Notes under the pieces: model-generated
Databases searched by the model: none
What the model was told of the DNA's origin: nothing
The model's input: the letters and a program-made list of their open reading frames with translations, nothing else
DNA from: Octopus sinensis
Lineage: Eukaryota
Assembly: GCF_006345805.1 (NCBI RefSeq)
Contig: NC_043008.1
Location: forward strand, 11,222,001-11,286,000
Direction of reading: 5' to 3'
Length of the DNA stretch: 64,000 nucleotides
Position numbers and translations under genes: made by a program
Shown here: positions 29,106-41,810 of the stretch, in pieces
Position numbering within the stretch: position 1 is the stretch's first letter
Layout: every line of letters starts with the position of its first letter

Positions 29106-29190
29106 CATTATTATTCAGGTCACTGCCTGGAATCGAACTCGGAATCTAGGAGTTTGTAGCCTGCGCTCTTAACCACTATACCATATGCCC
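28905..29190 (-). mobile_element. tRNA-headed element with internal (AAT)/(AAC) tract and a degenerate hammerhead-like tail
   Basis: Head GGGCATATGGTATAGTGGTTAAGAGCG...GAGTTCGATTCC (29116-29190); tail CCGATGA-A-GGCTGG...TCAGGC (28948-28975). Confidence 0.6.
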
Positions 29191-30099
29191 ATGGCATATT
29201 TTGGAGTATGTATGGAATGTGCACATACATATGTGTGTGTGTGTGTGCAGGCGCAGGTGTGGATGTGTATGAATCCAGTTCAGTGCCATTGCGTGAAACC
29301 TTGGGCAAGAAGCTTCTACTGTAACCTCGGGTAACCATAGTGTTGCGAGTGACTGTACATATAAAAATAAGTAGCAGAACGATAGATAGGTTCGTGAAAC
29401 AACATCCACTTCTCTTCAACTAGGATAACTATTTGCCAGAAACTTCTTAAACCATCTCAACATCACTACGAAGGACGTTCTACCGTTATCTCAACGCAGA
29501 TTATCTGGATGTCATTTTGCAATCAACGTCTTTGCAAAACAAGAGTAACCAAAAATCAGAGAACAACCACTATTCCGATTTTATTTTTGCTTTTCTTTCT
29601 GGAAAATATTGTAAGAATAAAGCTGTAATAGAAAAAATTAAATTTTTGATTTATGTATTTCTTACCATCACAACATTATTATACGTTTGGAAACATGTGC
29701 TCTTTACTGTGAAGGCATTAAAACCTGCGGTGTTTTCATGGGCGACATTGAGCAAATAGTAAATATAGAAAAGAGATTCTTTTATAGATATTATGTAATT
29801 AGATGAAAGTCTAGTTTATATCGCATTTTATAGCTAAATTTTTCAGTCGCGCTACATCTATTTAACGAATCTTTGCAATAGTTTTGATATCGTGACATTT
29901 ATAAAATAAAAGACAAAACAACTAAAACAAAAAATTACAACGTTTACAGCAACGTCATTCGTAAAAAATATTGCATATACTGAAATTGTACTACTTAAGC
30001 AGGTGATCTACTCTGCAATTCAAATCATATAATATAGGGCGATTTAAGTCAAAATAGAATGATTCATAGAGAGTTTTTGGCTCTCACTATATAAAACTT

Positions 30100-30690
30100 T
30101 TCTCATGGCATCAACAGCCAAACTAGAAAGGGTATAGCCCCAGAGGATAGCGAAGGTGATGCGCTGGAACAGCCTCTCTGAATCACGGTGAGCAGGGATA
30201 TGGTCCAAGGGCCAAGAAGACAGGATGTCGCAACTGCCACAGGCTCAACTATAAACCTGTCAGAGCGCGACAATGATATGACAGTCTGCTTTTCTGAGTC
30301 TGACGAGCAGCGAAATTTGAGCTGATAACTGCCAATACAAAGATGCTGCTGAGGAAAGTGTCACAGATGAGGAGCCTACCGCCATGGAATGGAAAAATTG
30401 TCATACTATCCGGACTTTTACCGTCCCCTCGATCTAGCAGCTCTGGGTCTATCATGCAGAGAAGCCTGTGGCTTGTAAACCATGCTTTATGATCTTGTTA
30501 AAATGGGTCTGCAGCGGAATTCATGAGGGTCACAGTTCTGGAAACCAAGCCTCATGAAAAAGCCATGCACAAGCAGTTGCTATCAATCTGAGAGACGGTT
30601 GCGAGTGATGGCAGCGCATTGAGCCAAGCTCAGCTAAGAATCTTGAAGGCTGAGTGGAAATTTGCCGGAACGTACTGTCCCATTCCTGCC
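30100..30690 (-). mobile_element. CRE-like non-LTR retrotransposon C-terminal fragment (restriction-like endonuclease region)
   Basis: AWLNALPS, NKIIKHGLQATGF, LDRGDGKSPDSMTIFPFHGG, EPVAVATS, LFQRITFAILWG match the R.DGKRPDG...P+AVET.G...QR+S+A+.RG pattern. Confidence 0.7.
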
Positions 30691-31240
30691 CTTCAGCATC
30701 CTCTAAGCTGACGTCGTGCCTCTGGAGATTTTCCTTAATCGCGCCCATCCATCTGGGGCGTGGCCTGCCATAAGGTCTCTTCCAGTCTGCTGCTTGTTTA
30801 ACGAATGAAAGCAAAATCCTGGTAGGATAACCTGGCGGGAGGTGGAAGACACGTCCGTACCAGCGCATGGGGCGTATAGCAATGAGGTGGGCGTGTGCTG
30901 GCTGATCTATGTTTGCAGACAGTTCTTCGCCGGAAATGTGATAACTCACTGGTTCTCAGGACTCTACTATTGAAGCCATCGATCCTCTTTGCCAAGGTCT
31001 TCGAGGGGTGGGGCTAGATTAATGCTCCATAGAGAAGAACCTTGTAGATGCAAAACTTTGTCTTCTGGGAGATAGAGCCTGGCGCCAAAAGGGCTTCTAT
31101 ATGGAGTACATGACCCCGGCAGCGAGGCCATATCTGCGGTTGATCTCCTGAATCAGGTCCCCAGTGATGGAGCCCACGCGATGAAAGGGCTGAAAAACTC
31201 CCCGACTTTGGGGTCAATTCAGAGTGGTGAACGGTTCGGG
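30690..31240 (-). mobile_element. Degraded RTE-type LINE fragment (different family from 38598-40215)
   Basis: ISQKTKFCIYKVLLYGA, RIDGFNSRVLR, MRWYGRV...WKRPYGRPRPRWMGAIKENL. Confidence 0.75.
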
Positions 31241-31814
31241 CCATAGCTGACGAGCATAAGTTTTGCCTTCGCTCAACTAAATTAAGACTCAATATTTGCT
31301 AATTCATTTTCGGTACTGCCACAATAATGAATAATGAAAAGACTAATAAGGCAAAGGAAGTATCTTGTTCCACTTACATGCATGTTGCGAAGGCTAATTC
31401 GAAGTAACCAATGTTTTCTGAATCGAGTACACTATATTATTGATAATCTACTGTTTGCATTTGGGGAATATATTATTTTAGCCTCTGTGAAACGTTATTA
31501 ATATTTGCTTATATATATTTGGGGTTCTGGCTTTCGGAATCTCCATTGAGATTGGAGGAAAAGCTGAAATTAGATATTAAAAATCGATTTAACTAGATCC
31601 CAATATCTAATTCTTTCAGAATCAGTAGAAATGCATTGTGTTCACCTGGAATCTATTGACGAACAAATAGAAGAATTCTATTCTTAATCACCATCGTAAA
31701 GGTAGAAGTTTCTCTTCTATACTTTGACTAAGGTCGCATTGTGTATTCTCAAACTATATGACTATCAAGTTACTGTATAGAATGTAACAAATTCTATATG
31801 TACATAGAACTTAA

Positions 31815-31851
<37 letters not shown>

Positions 31852-32102
31852 TTACTTGGGGACTACAGCTTCAAGCGAAAAGGAGTTGTCAATCAAGAAA
31901 ATTGAAAGAGACGAAGATAAAAATGGCAGAATTTTTATTACACTTAACTTTCAAAACTATATTTGATAAGGTTGGTTTTTTTAAGAAGAATCGAAACATG
32001 TAAAATTTTTAAGAAAATTAAAATTTATCTTATATAGTGGCGTTTTCAAACTTCTTTGTTATAAATATATACCCACTCGTACACCACCTACACTTATTAT
32101 AA

Positions 32103-32206
<104 letters not shown>

Positions 32207-32599
32207 AAATCGTGATTGATTCTTCCTAGTTTCCGAGTATTTCTGTTGTCGCTGAAGAAATGCCCGTGGCATTGTTTTGATCAGAGTGGAGCCCGACCTT
32301 CCAGACACGACATACCCAGCGTGGAATCAGGGCACCATTCGCAAAGATATCTGAAATATGACTTTCAGGAAGAGGAGACGAAACCGCAATAAGCTGCTCT
32401 CAGCCCAGGTTTTCCTTGAGCTGCTTCTTCTTAACCAGTCGATCTACCATTACAGTCTTATAAATCTTTCTGTAAAGAACTACAATTAGGTGATTCTGCA
32501 CACGTTTTCTGTATATGCATAACTCTGTCTATCCCATCATGCAATGAAACTTGTTTAACATTGAATTTCAAATATGTAATTTTTTTCCCCAGTCATCTG

Positions 32600-32628
32600 T
32601 GTATGTATGTATATATATATATATATAT

Positions 32629-32689
<61 letters not shown>

Positions 32690-33481
32690 GATATATATCT
32701 ATATGTATGTATATTACATTTGAAATGAGACATCTCCATAGAGATATTGGTTTAATGTGAACATGAAGATGTGCTTCAAAAAGACACAACTTGAATTAAA
32801 ATTACACACACACATATACACATGTATATATATATATATATGTATATATATGTGTGTGTATGTGTATACATATGTATGTGTATATCTATATATGTGTATG
32901 TGTTTATATATACATAAGACACAACTTAAAATTCCATACACACAAGCATGCATACATACATACATACATACATACATACATACATACATACATACATACA
33001 TACATACATACATACATACATGCATACATGACTACGTAAAATCAGTTTATAGAATTTTCTCAGTACAAATGAAGTGGATGAAGAAAGAATTCTTCGTATT
33101 TGAGTACATCATTGAATTTAGGAGGAAAGTTGTAAATTATCGTCTAGAAACATTTTGTAAAGCAAACACTATCGAAAAATATCCACAGCAGATTCCTTAT
33201 CTTCGAAAATATTTGACGCTTTTACACGAACTTATTCAACCAGCACATATATATATACATATTAAAAGACTGTATTGCCATATATATATATATGTGTGTG
33301 TGTGTGTGTATGTGTGTGTATGCGTGTATGTATGTTTGTGTATGCGTGTGTGTCTGTGTATGTTCGCCTGCATGTAGGTATATAATTGCGTATAACTATG
33401 TATTTGTGTAAATATCCGCTTATATATATAAATATAAATATAAGTATATATATATATATATTATATATATATATATATATA

Positions 33482-33513
<32 letters not shown>

Positions 33514-33960
33514 TTATATATGTATATTATATATATATATATGTATTTATATATCTATCTATCTATCTATATATATACATATATATATAATATATGTATA
33601 TATATATGCATCTGTGTGTGTTTGTATGTGTACTATGAGTTGTGCGTGGTGTGGTATATAGATATATATATGTAATTCCCTGTTTGTAAATATATATGTA
33701 CATACCTATATACTTATACATATATGCATATGTATATGTATATTTATATATGTATAAATGTATGTATGTATATATATATATATATATATATGAATATATG
33801 CATTTGTGTATATATATATCTATGTGTTCTTATATAGTTGTGTATATGCATATATTTGTGTAAATATCCGCTCACATACTTATATAAACATATATGTGTG
33901 TGAGTGCGTTTGTTTGTCTGTCTGTGTGTCTGTGTGTGTATTTGTGTTTGTGTGTGCATT
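32600..33960. repeat. Extended TA/TG/CATA microsatellite-rich tract
   Basis: Direct inspection. Confidence 0.85.
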
Positions 33961-34755
33961 GCTTCTCTATAAAACCTATTTCTTGCAGTTTACAAAGGTT
34001 CAAGGGATGTGACAAAGCGATCCGTACACTATAGCAAGATAACGCTCAAATGGAAGGGACAATGGACATCTGTCCATTAAAAAGGAAACATTAATTCAGA
34101 AATTTCTGTCAGATCATTCAGAGATTTTTGCATGCCATTCATTTAATGATGGAATTGAATTATTGGAGTTGAATCGGATAATCCCCGCTTGTTAATGAAT
34201 GTATTCAATACGAAATCGAATTCCTGGTTGTTTACCGCTCAGGTATAACATTTTGTCCTTTCTAAATCAAAGACATAAACACTGCCCTTTCGATTCTTTT
34301 CAAAAGCATTGAACGATCCCTTAGGCAGTTTTAATAACGTATCATCTGAGCATTCTATCATATTACGTATGGCGTTTGCGCCACTGTAAATAACATAATG
34401 GAAAACTAATATACAAAGATTACACGAAGGCGAAATGAAGCAGAATCGTTAATGCTAACGTTACCTTAAAGAATAGAGAGCCTAACTTAATTTAATATGC
34501 ACGGGATGTGATATAGAGAAATGCCCGAGATGTATATCGATAGAATTGCAACAAAGGGTATTACGCGAAAAGCTAAAGATATTTGAAACATTCACACGCG
34601 TACGCATAACAAGGCACACACGCACGTACACATACACGCCTATGTATGTGTATATGTATGTGTATATGTATGTGTGTATGTACATACATACACACATACA
34701 CGCCTATGTATTTATAACTATACATATATATATATATGTATGTATATGTATACAT

Positions 34756-34818
<63 letters not shown>

Positions 34819-34914
34819 TGTATGCATGTATATATTGCACTTTTATACGACCATGCGCTTAGATGCGCAGATGTATACACCCACACACGTATATTCATAT
34901 TCAACGCACACATT

Positions 34915-34977
<63 letters not shown>

Positions 34978-35208
34978 TATGTATATATATTCATATATGA
35001 GTATGTATAATTTAGGGACGAACAGACAGATATAGAAAATTATATGCATCAATCAGGACAGTTGAAATGCCTTCGAGATAGAGTGAAGTATGATACATTA
35101 GCAACACGGAGACTATATAGAGACAAAAGTGTGTCTAGGCAGATGCATATGAACACAGAAATCCCTTTAAATGGCGATATTATTATTATTATTATTAGAG
35201 AATGTAGA

Positions 35209-35610
35209 GGCGGCGAGCTGGCAGAAACGTTAGCACGCCGGGCGAAATGCGTAGCCGTATTTCATCTGCCGTTAAGTTCTGAGTTCAAATTCCGCCGAGG
35301 TCGACTTTGCCTTTCATCCTTTCGGGGTCGATTAAATAAGTACTAGTTACACACTGGAGTCGATGCAATTGACTTAATCTCTTTGTCTGTCTTTGTTTGT
35401 TCTCTCTGTGTTTAGCCCCTTGTGGGTAATAAAGAAATAGGTATTTTGTCTGCCATTACGTTCTGAGTTCAAATTCCGCCGAGGTATACTTTGGCTTTCA
35501 TTGTTTCGGAGTCGATAAATGAAGTACCGGTTGCGTAATGAGGTGGATGTAATTGACTGGCCTCCTCCCCCAAAATTTTCGGGCCTGTGCCTCGAGTAGA
35601 AAATTTTATT
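35209..35610 (+). mobile_element. SINE group A full copy followed by the 3' part of an older A-type copy
   Basis: ...AAAGAAATA|GGTATTTTGTCTGCC junction at about 35439; the second unit has a different tail (GACTGGCCTCCTCCCCAAAATTTTCGGGCC). Confidence 0.85.
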
Positions 35611-35617
35611 AGAGATA

Positions 35618-36002
35618 TCTCTCTATATATAAACAGCAGTTTGTCTGTGTGTGTGTCTGTGTGTCTGTTAGGTTGTACCCTCACCCTGACCACGGCTTTC
35701 AACCGATTCTGATGAAACTTGATACACACATAGCTCAATGTCATAATTCAAAACTAACGCAGCGAAAATTTTGAAAAGTTCCCCCAGTTCTGAAAAAAAT
35801 CGATAAATTCCACATGGGGTCGAGAATCAGAAACACAAACCACAGACTGTCTAGGGGACGCAACTCGACCTTTTTAACTCTCAAAAAAAATTTACCATCA
35901 TTTTTTTTTCCATTTTTTTGCTATTTTTTGGCTATAACTCTCTAAAAATGCTTTATAGTTATTTCCCTTACAAACCCGAGCAACGCCGGGTGATACTGCT
36001 AG
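35618..36002 (+). mobile_element. Non-autonomous Helitron
   Basis: 5' TC(TCTCTATATATAAA), internal TG/GTCT tract, subterminal hairpin ACCCGAGC-AAC-GCCGGGT (35974-35991), 3' CTAG, inserted between A and T, no TSD. Confidence 0.85.
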
Positions 36003-37444
36003 TGTAACTATAAAGAATAGTTGTCAAAATGAATCTATGCGGTTGTACTCTCTCTCTCTCTCACGCTATCTTACCTTTCTTGTCTTATACCTTCCCCTTA
36101 CTACCTGTCTCTCATTCTATCCTGCAGCCTCTCTCTCTCTTTCTCCTTTCATGGCATATGCTCCTACTGATATTCAACATTTGTATCTATTAGACAAATA
36201 TTCTAGTTTCTAATTTGCTTGTTCTTGCTTTTCGTTGTCACTCTTATTTCTCGCCGTTTTTGCTCCTAAGACATGTCTTTGCTTGTGCCTACCCTGTCGC
36301 ATTCCTAATGACGGACATCAAATTTTCTGTTACAATCATCGACATCTTAGTGACTTTAAATGAAAGCTGGATGATGAAATGGCTTGATGCGTGTTTGTAT
36401 TTTTCCTCTCCGTATGTACCCTCTGACACGCGTATAAATCTTTTACAGATATAAACGCGCGTCAGTATATTATATTGTACGTACGCACACATTTACATAC
36501 GCAAGTACACACAGGTATAAACAAACACAACCACACAAACACACAAACACACACACACAAAGTCAGAGAGAGAGAGAGAGAAGGACAGAGAGAGATATAC
36601 AGACAAGAACACACACACACAAACACACTCAAACACACACACACACACAAATGCAAAATACAAAAGAATCAGAACATTTCCGACTTGTTTCATTTGCTCT
36701 GTTCCACAGAGCAAATGACTAACGCTGCAGTATTGTGAACTCAATAGAAATCAATCAATTAATTGTAGTTATTAAATTAATTTAGATGAATTTGATGTGG
36801 AAATAATTTCATCAGACTCATTTTGAAATATGAAAATCAATTCACCGTTGATGTTTTAAATAAAACGTACAAAGGTAATATAAAAAGAAATACAAGTATA
36901 ACAGAAAACATTATATGTACACCGTAAAAATTTACGGTTATAAAACAGTTATTAAACATTCAGAGAAAAAGATGTCTGCGAAAATATACATTACTGTATG
37001 AAAGAGAATGGGAAAAATTAAGGAGAAGAAATCTATGAAAGTAATGTTTAATTAATAACATAAAATATGTCTTGTATCAGATACAGTTTACTTGTTTCAG
37101 GCATTGCACTTCGACCATACTAATGTACATTCGGCCATACTGAGGAATCTTGAAAGGTTCCGTCGAAAAATCGCGTCCAGTAAATTTAGTTTTTTAAAAT
37201 CTGGTACTTATACTATCGGCCATTTTTTTTTACAAACCGGCCATTTTTTTTACAAACCGCGAAATTAGGCTACGTAAATAAATTAACTAACGACATAGAA
37301 CATTCTAAAGGCTTCTTCTCTGCTTTAGGATGTTTATATCACAAGTCTGCAATTTAAGGTGCGACACATAACACGATAATCTGCTTCCGCTTCACAATGA
37401 GCCATAAAATTTTCGCGTTAAAATATGTGATGTGCAGAACATGG

Positions 37445-37878
37445 TTACTCTTACTCTTTTTACTCTTTTACTTGTTTCAGTCATTTGACTGCGGCCATGC
37501 TGGAGCACCGCCTTTAGTCGAGCAAATCGACCCCGGGACTTATTCTTTGTAAACCCAGTACTTATTCTATCGGTCTCTTTTGCCGAACCGCTAAGTGACG
37601 GGGAGGTAAACACACCAGCATCGGTTGTCAAGCAATGCTAGGGGGACAAACACAGACACAAACATACACACAAATACATATATATACACATATATATATA
37701 TATATACATATACACGACAGGCTTCTTTCAGTTTCCGTCTACCAAATCCACTCACAAGGCATTGGTCGGCCCGGGGCTATAGCAGAAGACACTTGCCCAA
37801 GATGTCACGCAGTGGGACTGAACCCAGAACCATGTGGTTGGTAAGCAAGCTACTTACCACACAGCCACTCCTGCGCCT
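37445..37878 (-). mobile_element. SINE group D, full length
   Basis: Best-preserved D copy; a degraded D tail lies at about 37085-37270. Confidence 0.9.
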
Positions 37879-38352
37879 AGCTTATATAAGTTATATAAGT
37901 TTGTATGAGTTTCGAAGCAAGTTTACTGATATTAACAGCCATGAAAGTGAAGATACTCTTTTAACCCTTTCGTATATGAGCATGCCATTTCCGGCCCCAA
38001 TATTCTGCCAGTTTTATACTCAAAGCAGTCAAATCCTTAAATCTCACACAGCTCTTAAAATGTAATTGTAAACCTAAACAATCACAAAGCTATCAAAATA
38101 TATCGAAGCTATGAAGTAATCTATGATTAATTCAAAAAATGCGAATAAATAAGCATAACATTTTTCAGAGTAAGCTGAGTGCTAACGGTTTAACATCTAA
38201 CCAAATTACAATGATGAGGTCTCTGATACGACTAGGTGACTCGCTAGTTCTCTGTTTTGTTTAAAAGCAGAGTTGTTTTGATGAGTGTTATGAATACATT
38301 AATTAAGTCCAAATACCAGGCTACTCTTGTTATTATATATAAACGAACATAA

Positions 38353-38583
38353 GGCGGCGAGTTGGCAGAAAGGTTAGCACGCCGGGCAAAATGCGGAGCT
38401 GTATTTCGTCTGCCGTTACGTTCTGAGTTCAAATTCCACCGAGGTCGACTTTGCATTTCATCCTTTCGGGGTCGATAAATTAAGTACCAGTTACGCCCTG
38501 GGGTCGATATAATCGACTTAATCCGTTTGTCTGTCCTTGTTTGTCCCCTCTGTGTTTAGCACCTTGTGGGCAGTAAAGAAATA
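38353..38583 (+). mobile_element. SINE group A, monomeric
   Basis: Full head-to-tail match; probable TSD TATATATAAACGA at 38334-38346 and 40221-40233. Confidence 0.9.
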
Positions 38584-38597
38584 TATATATATATTGT

Positions 38598-40215
38598 ATT
38601 GGCATCCTTTCTGTCTCGGGAGACAATGGAGTTGCGCATTTAAAAAAAAAAAAATTTTTATAGTCTAGTCCGGCTTTTATATTTCATGTCCTGATACATT
38701 TCCTGCTGTGGCTGTTTAGCCCTATCCTGGACAAACACTCCCTCTCGCAGGTACCGCAAATGTAGTGAAGACTGTTCCTGGCTGGTTGTAGTGCCATAGT
38801 CTCTTGTTTACGTCTCTTCCTTTCTTTCCATTTCTCCTCTCTTTCTCTGTCACTCTTTTGTATTCCCTCTTTTACTGTACGTCGCCATTCTCCACGGTTG
38901 CCGGCAACTGCCTCCGAACCGCTAATATTGATGTTGCAGGCCTTCATATCCCTTTTGCAAACATCCCTGTAACGTAAGATCGGTCTACCCACAGACCTAG
39001 TACCCCTAGCAAGCGCTCCGTAGAGTATGTCCTTGGGGATTCTGCCATCTTTCATACGGCTAACATGCCCAAGCCATCTCATACGTCTTTGGGTGAGGAG
39101 TGCAAACATGCTTGGTATTCCTGCTTGCCTGAGGACATCTTTGTTGGGGATATGATTCTGTCATTTGATGCGGAGGATTTTTCGGAGGCAGCGCAGGTGA
39201 AAGATGTTTAGGCGACGCTCTTGGCGTGTGTATAGCGTCCAGGTCTCGCTTCCATACAGTAGAGTGCTGAGTACACATGCCTGGTAGATCTTCATGTTCG
39301 TGGTCTTGGTCAGCTTATTGTTGTGCCAAGCCCGTTTGGCGAGTTGGGCCATCGCAGCAGCTGCCTTGCCAATGCGTATATTGAGCTCAGTGTCAAGGGA
39401 TAGGTTGTGGGTGACGGTAGAGCCCAGATAGGTAAACTTCTCCACCTCTTGTAATCTGTGGTCTCCAATGTGTATGTTTGGGATGTCCGATGTAGCCTGG
39501 CCCATGATATTGGTCTTCTTAAGGCTAATAGCTAAGCCAAAGTCGTTACATGCTTGCTCAAAACAGTTAATGAGCCTTTGGAGGGCTTCTTCTGTGTGTG
39601 TTACCAGAGCGGCATCATCAGCAAATAACATCTCCTTGATCAGGACTTTTCTGATTTTGGTCTTGGCACGCAGACGCGAGAGATTGAACAGTTTCCCGTC
39701 ACTTCTACTGTGCAGAAGCACTCCATCATCTGATGTCTGAAAGGCATGTGAAAGTAAGAGTGAGAAAAAGATGCCAAACAATGTAGGAGCGAGGACACAG
39801 CCTTGCTTTACTCCGTTTTTTATTTGGAAGGCGGCTGATGTTGAACCGTTGTGCTGTATGGTGCCTTGCATGTCATCATGGAAAGACTTGATGATCCTCA
39901 GCAGCTTTGGTGGACATCCGATTTTTTGGAGCAGGAGGAAGAGGCCTGTTCTGCTTACCGAGTCAAAAGCCTTTGTTAGATCAATGAAGGCTATATATAA
40001 TGGCATATTCTGCTCTCTGGACTTCTCCTGAAGTTGGCGTATGGAGAATATCATATCGATAGTTGATCTGCTTCTTCTAAAGCCACACTGCGATTCCGGA
40101 TAGATTCGAGAAGCAAGTAGTTGTAGCCTGGCCAGGATAACGCGGGCAAAAGTCTTTCCAACAGTGCTTAGAAGGGATATACCACGGTTGTTGTTACAAT
40201 CACCACGGTCACCTG
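38598..40215 (-). mobile_element. 5'-truncated RTE-clade (BovB-like) LINE
   Basis: RT motifs RGISLLS, PESQCGFR, FIDLTKAFD, GVKQGCVLAP, LFADD, YLGS; RTE-type 3' tail CCATTGTCTCCCGAGACAGAAAGGATGCCA. Confidence 0.97.
38684..40213 (-). pseudogene. RTE reverse-transcriptase ORF, N-terminally truncated, with one in-frame TGA (39161-39163)
   Basis: ORFs 39161..40300 and 38684..39109 are in frame (ILRIK*QNHIPNKDVL...MFALL); C-terminal CxxC...HxxxC motif; the first ~29 aa of the listed ORF come from flanking DNA. Confidence 0.92.
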
Positions 40216-41704
40216 GTATATATATATAAACGATTATGACTTGTAAATGACTTTTCTCAAGGAATCGAGTTCTATAAGTGTGAAATAACATACAAAACAT
40301 AGCAAATACATACGACTGAAAAACAAAGCAAATATTATCTTTTAAATGAAGTCACACAAAATAACTGAATTTATATGATATTTAATGTAATATTTAAAAG
40401 GAAGATGAAATCGTTGGAAGACATGGAAATGTTATGATGTTATAAGATTAATTTATACACAAATACATCTCTAAAAGAATATTTCGTGTATTCCCGGGAA
40501 AGAATAGTAAATATTTGAAAGTCAAAGCTTATGTGTAAAAGAAAATGACCGAGTTAAACTATGAGACTTGTATACGAAAAACAAAGAAGAACATCGCTGT
40601 AGAATTCTTCACAGCGATCTATAGATGTCTGATCTTAATTAATTATAAAATGTAAAACAACGCACTTACGGTCTGAAAAATGAAAATTTCGATGATGAAG
40701 AGATCTAGAAATATCAAGAAATAACAAAAAAGTGAAAAACAAAGCGAAAGAAAATAATAGCCGTCCGGCAAATAAACAAATGCTGTAGTTCATGAATATT
40801 TTCCATCATAATTTCTAATACAGTCAAAGGTCAATAGTGTAAACCGCTGATAGCTATTTAATCTCGCACAGTGTGATGTAAAGTTGAGTTAAACCAGGTG
40901 GAGTTTGAACAAAATAGAACTGTGTGTATTATAAAAATGAATTCACTGTATATGTTCTTCTTCTAAAAGTTGGTAAACGTGATTTCCTCTGTTGTGATTC
41001 GAATTGTTTTAAGCATAGAATTCAAATACTATTTACCGAATAATTGAAGAAGGATGTAGGTGTTAATTTTCTCAGCTATTCGTAAACAGCTAGCGAGATA
41101 ATATTAGAATCTACAAATGTTAATGAAAATATGAACCGAATAATAGAGGGTCTGATAAAATGTACTTCAAGAATGCTTTAGAATTGGTATACACCAGGCT
41201 GAATTATATGTACAGCTCACAATGGCGGAGAAAACGATGAAGATTCTGTTATTTGACAAATACATTATCGTGCTGGCTGAGGAGAATGAATACTTCGCTA
41301 ATTAATGAACACAAATATCCATAAATTAACTCAATGCATTTTATTCCACAGTCTAATCATTTACTCATTCCATCAGTAATGTAAATCCTATGTCGGCCAA
41401 CTCCCTATATACGTGTATATGCATATCCATATGTATTTGTATATACATAATATACGTATATACATAATATACCTATAGCTCAGCAGTCATAAGATTGCTT
41501 GCTAATGAGTGATAGCCACCAGAGCTATATAAAACTAGGAACAACCAAGCAATTGACGTAACAACTGGCTTATCTCCAATGCATGCAATTGGTGGTAGCT
41601 TGTAATTGTATACTGTCTACATTAAATAATATAATTATATATATATGTGTGTGTGCGTGTGTGCGTGTATGTGCGCGTATGTACGTGTGAGTGTGTGTGT
41701 GTGA

Positions 41705-41810
41705 GATATTTGGCTTAGTGGTTAGGGTATTGCATTCGTGATTGCGAGAATTCTGTTTCGATTCCCAGAAACGGCGTTGCATTATTTCCGTCAGCGAAAC
41801 AACTCATTTC
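41705..41810 (+). mobile_element. SINE group C head fragment
   Basis: TGGCTTAGTGGTTAGGGTA...TTTCGATTCCCAG. Confidence 0.6.

Noticed and set aside
30299-30320. CTGACGAGCAGCGAAA motif
   Set aside because: Stem II would need a 1-nt loop; lies antisense within retroelement coding remnant
35709-35722. CTGATGAAAC inside the Helitron
   Set aside because: No stem II between the core halves
37218-37260. Tandem GGCCATTTTTTTTACAAACC duplication
   Set aside because: Ordinary local slippage within a decayed SINE tail
40590-40615. Hairpin ATCGCTGT...ACAGCGAT
   Set aside because: Short isolated inverted repeat with no supporting context
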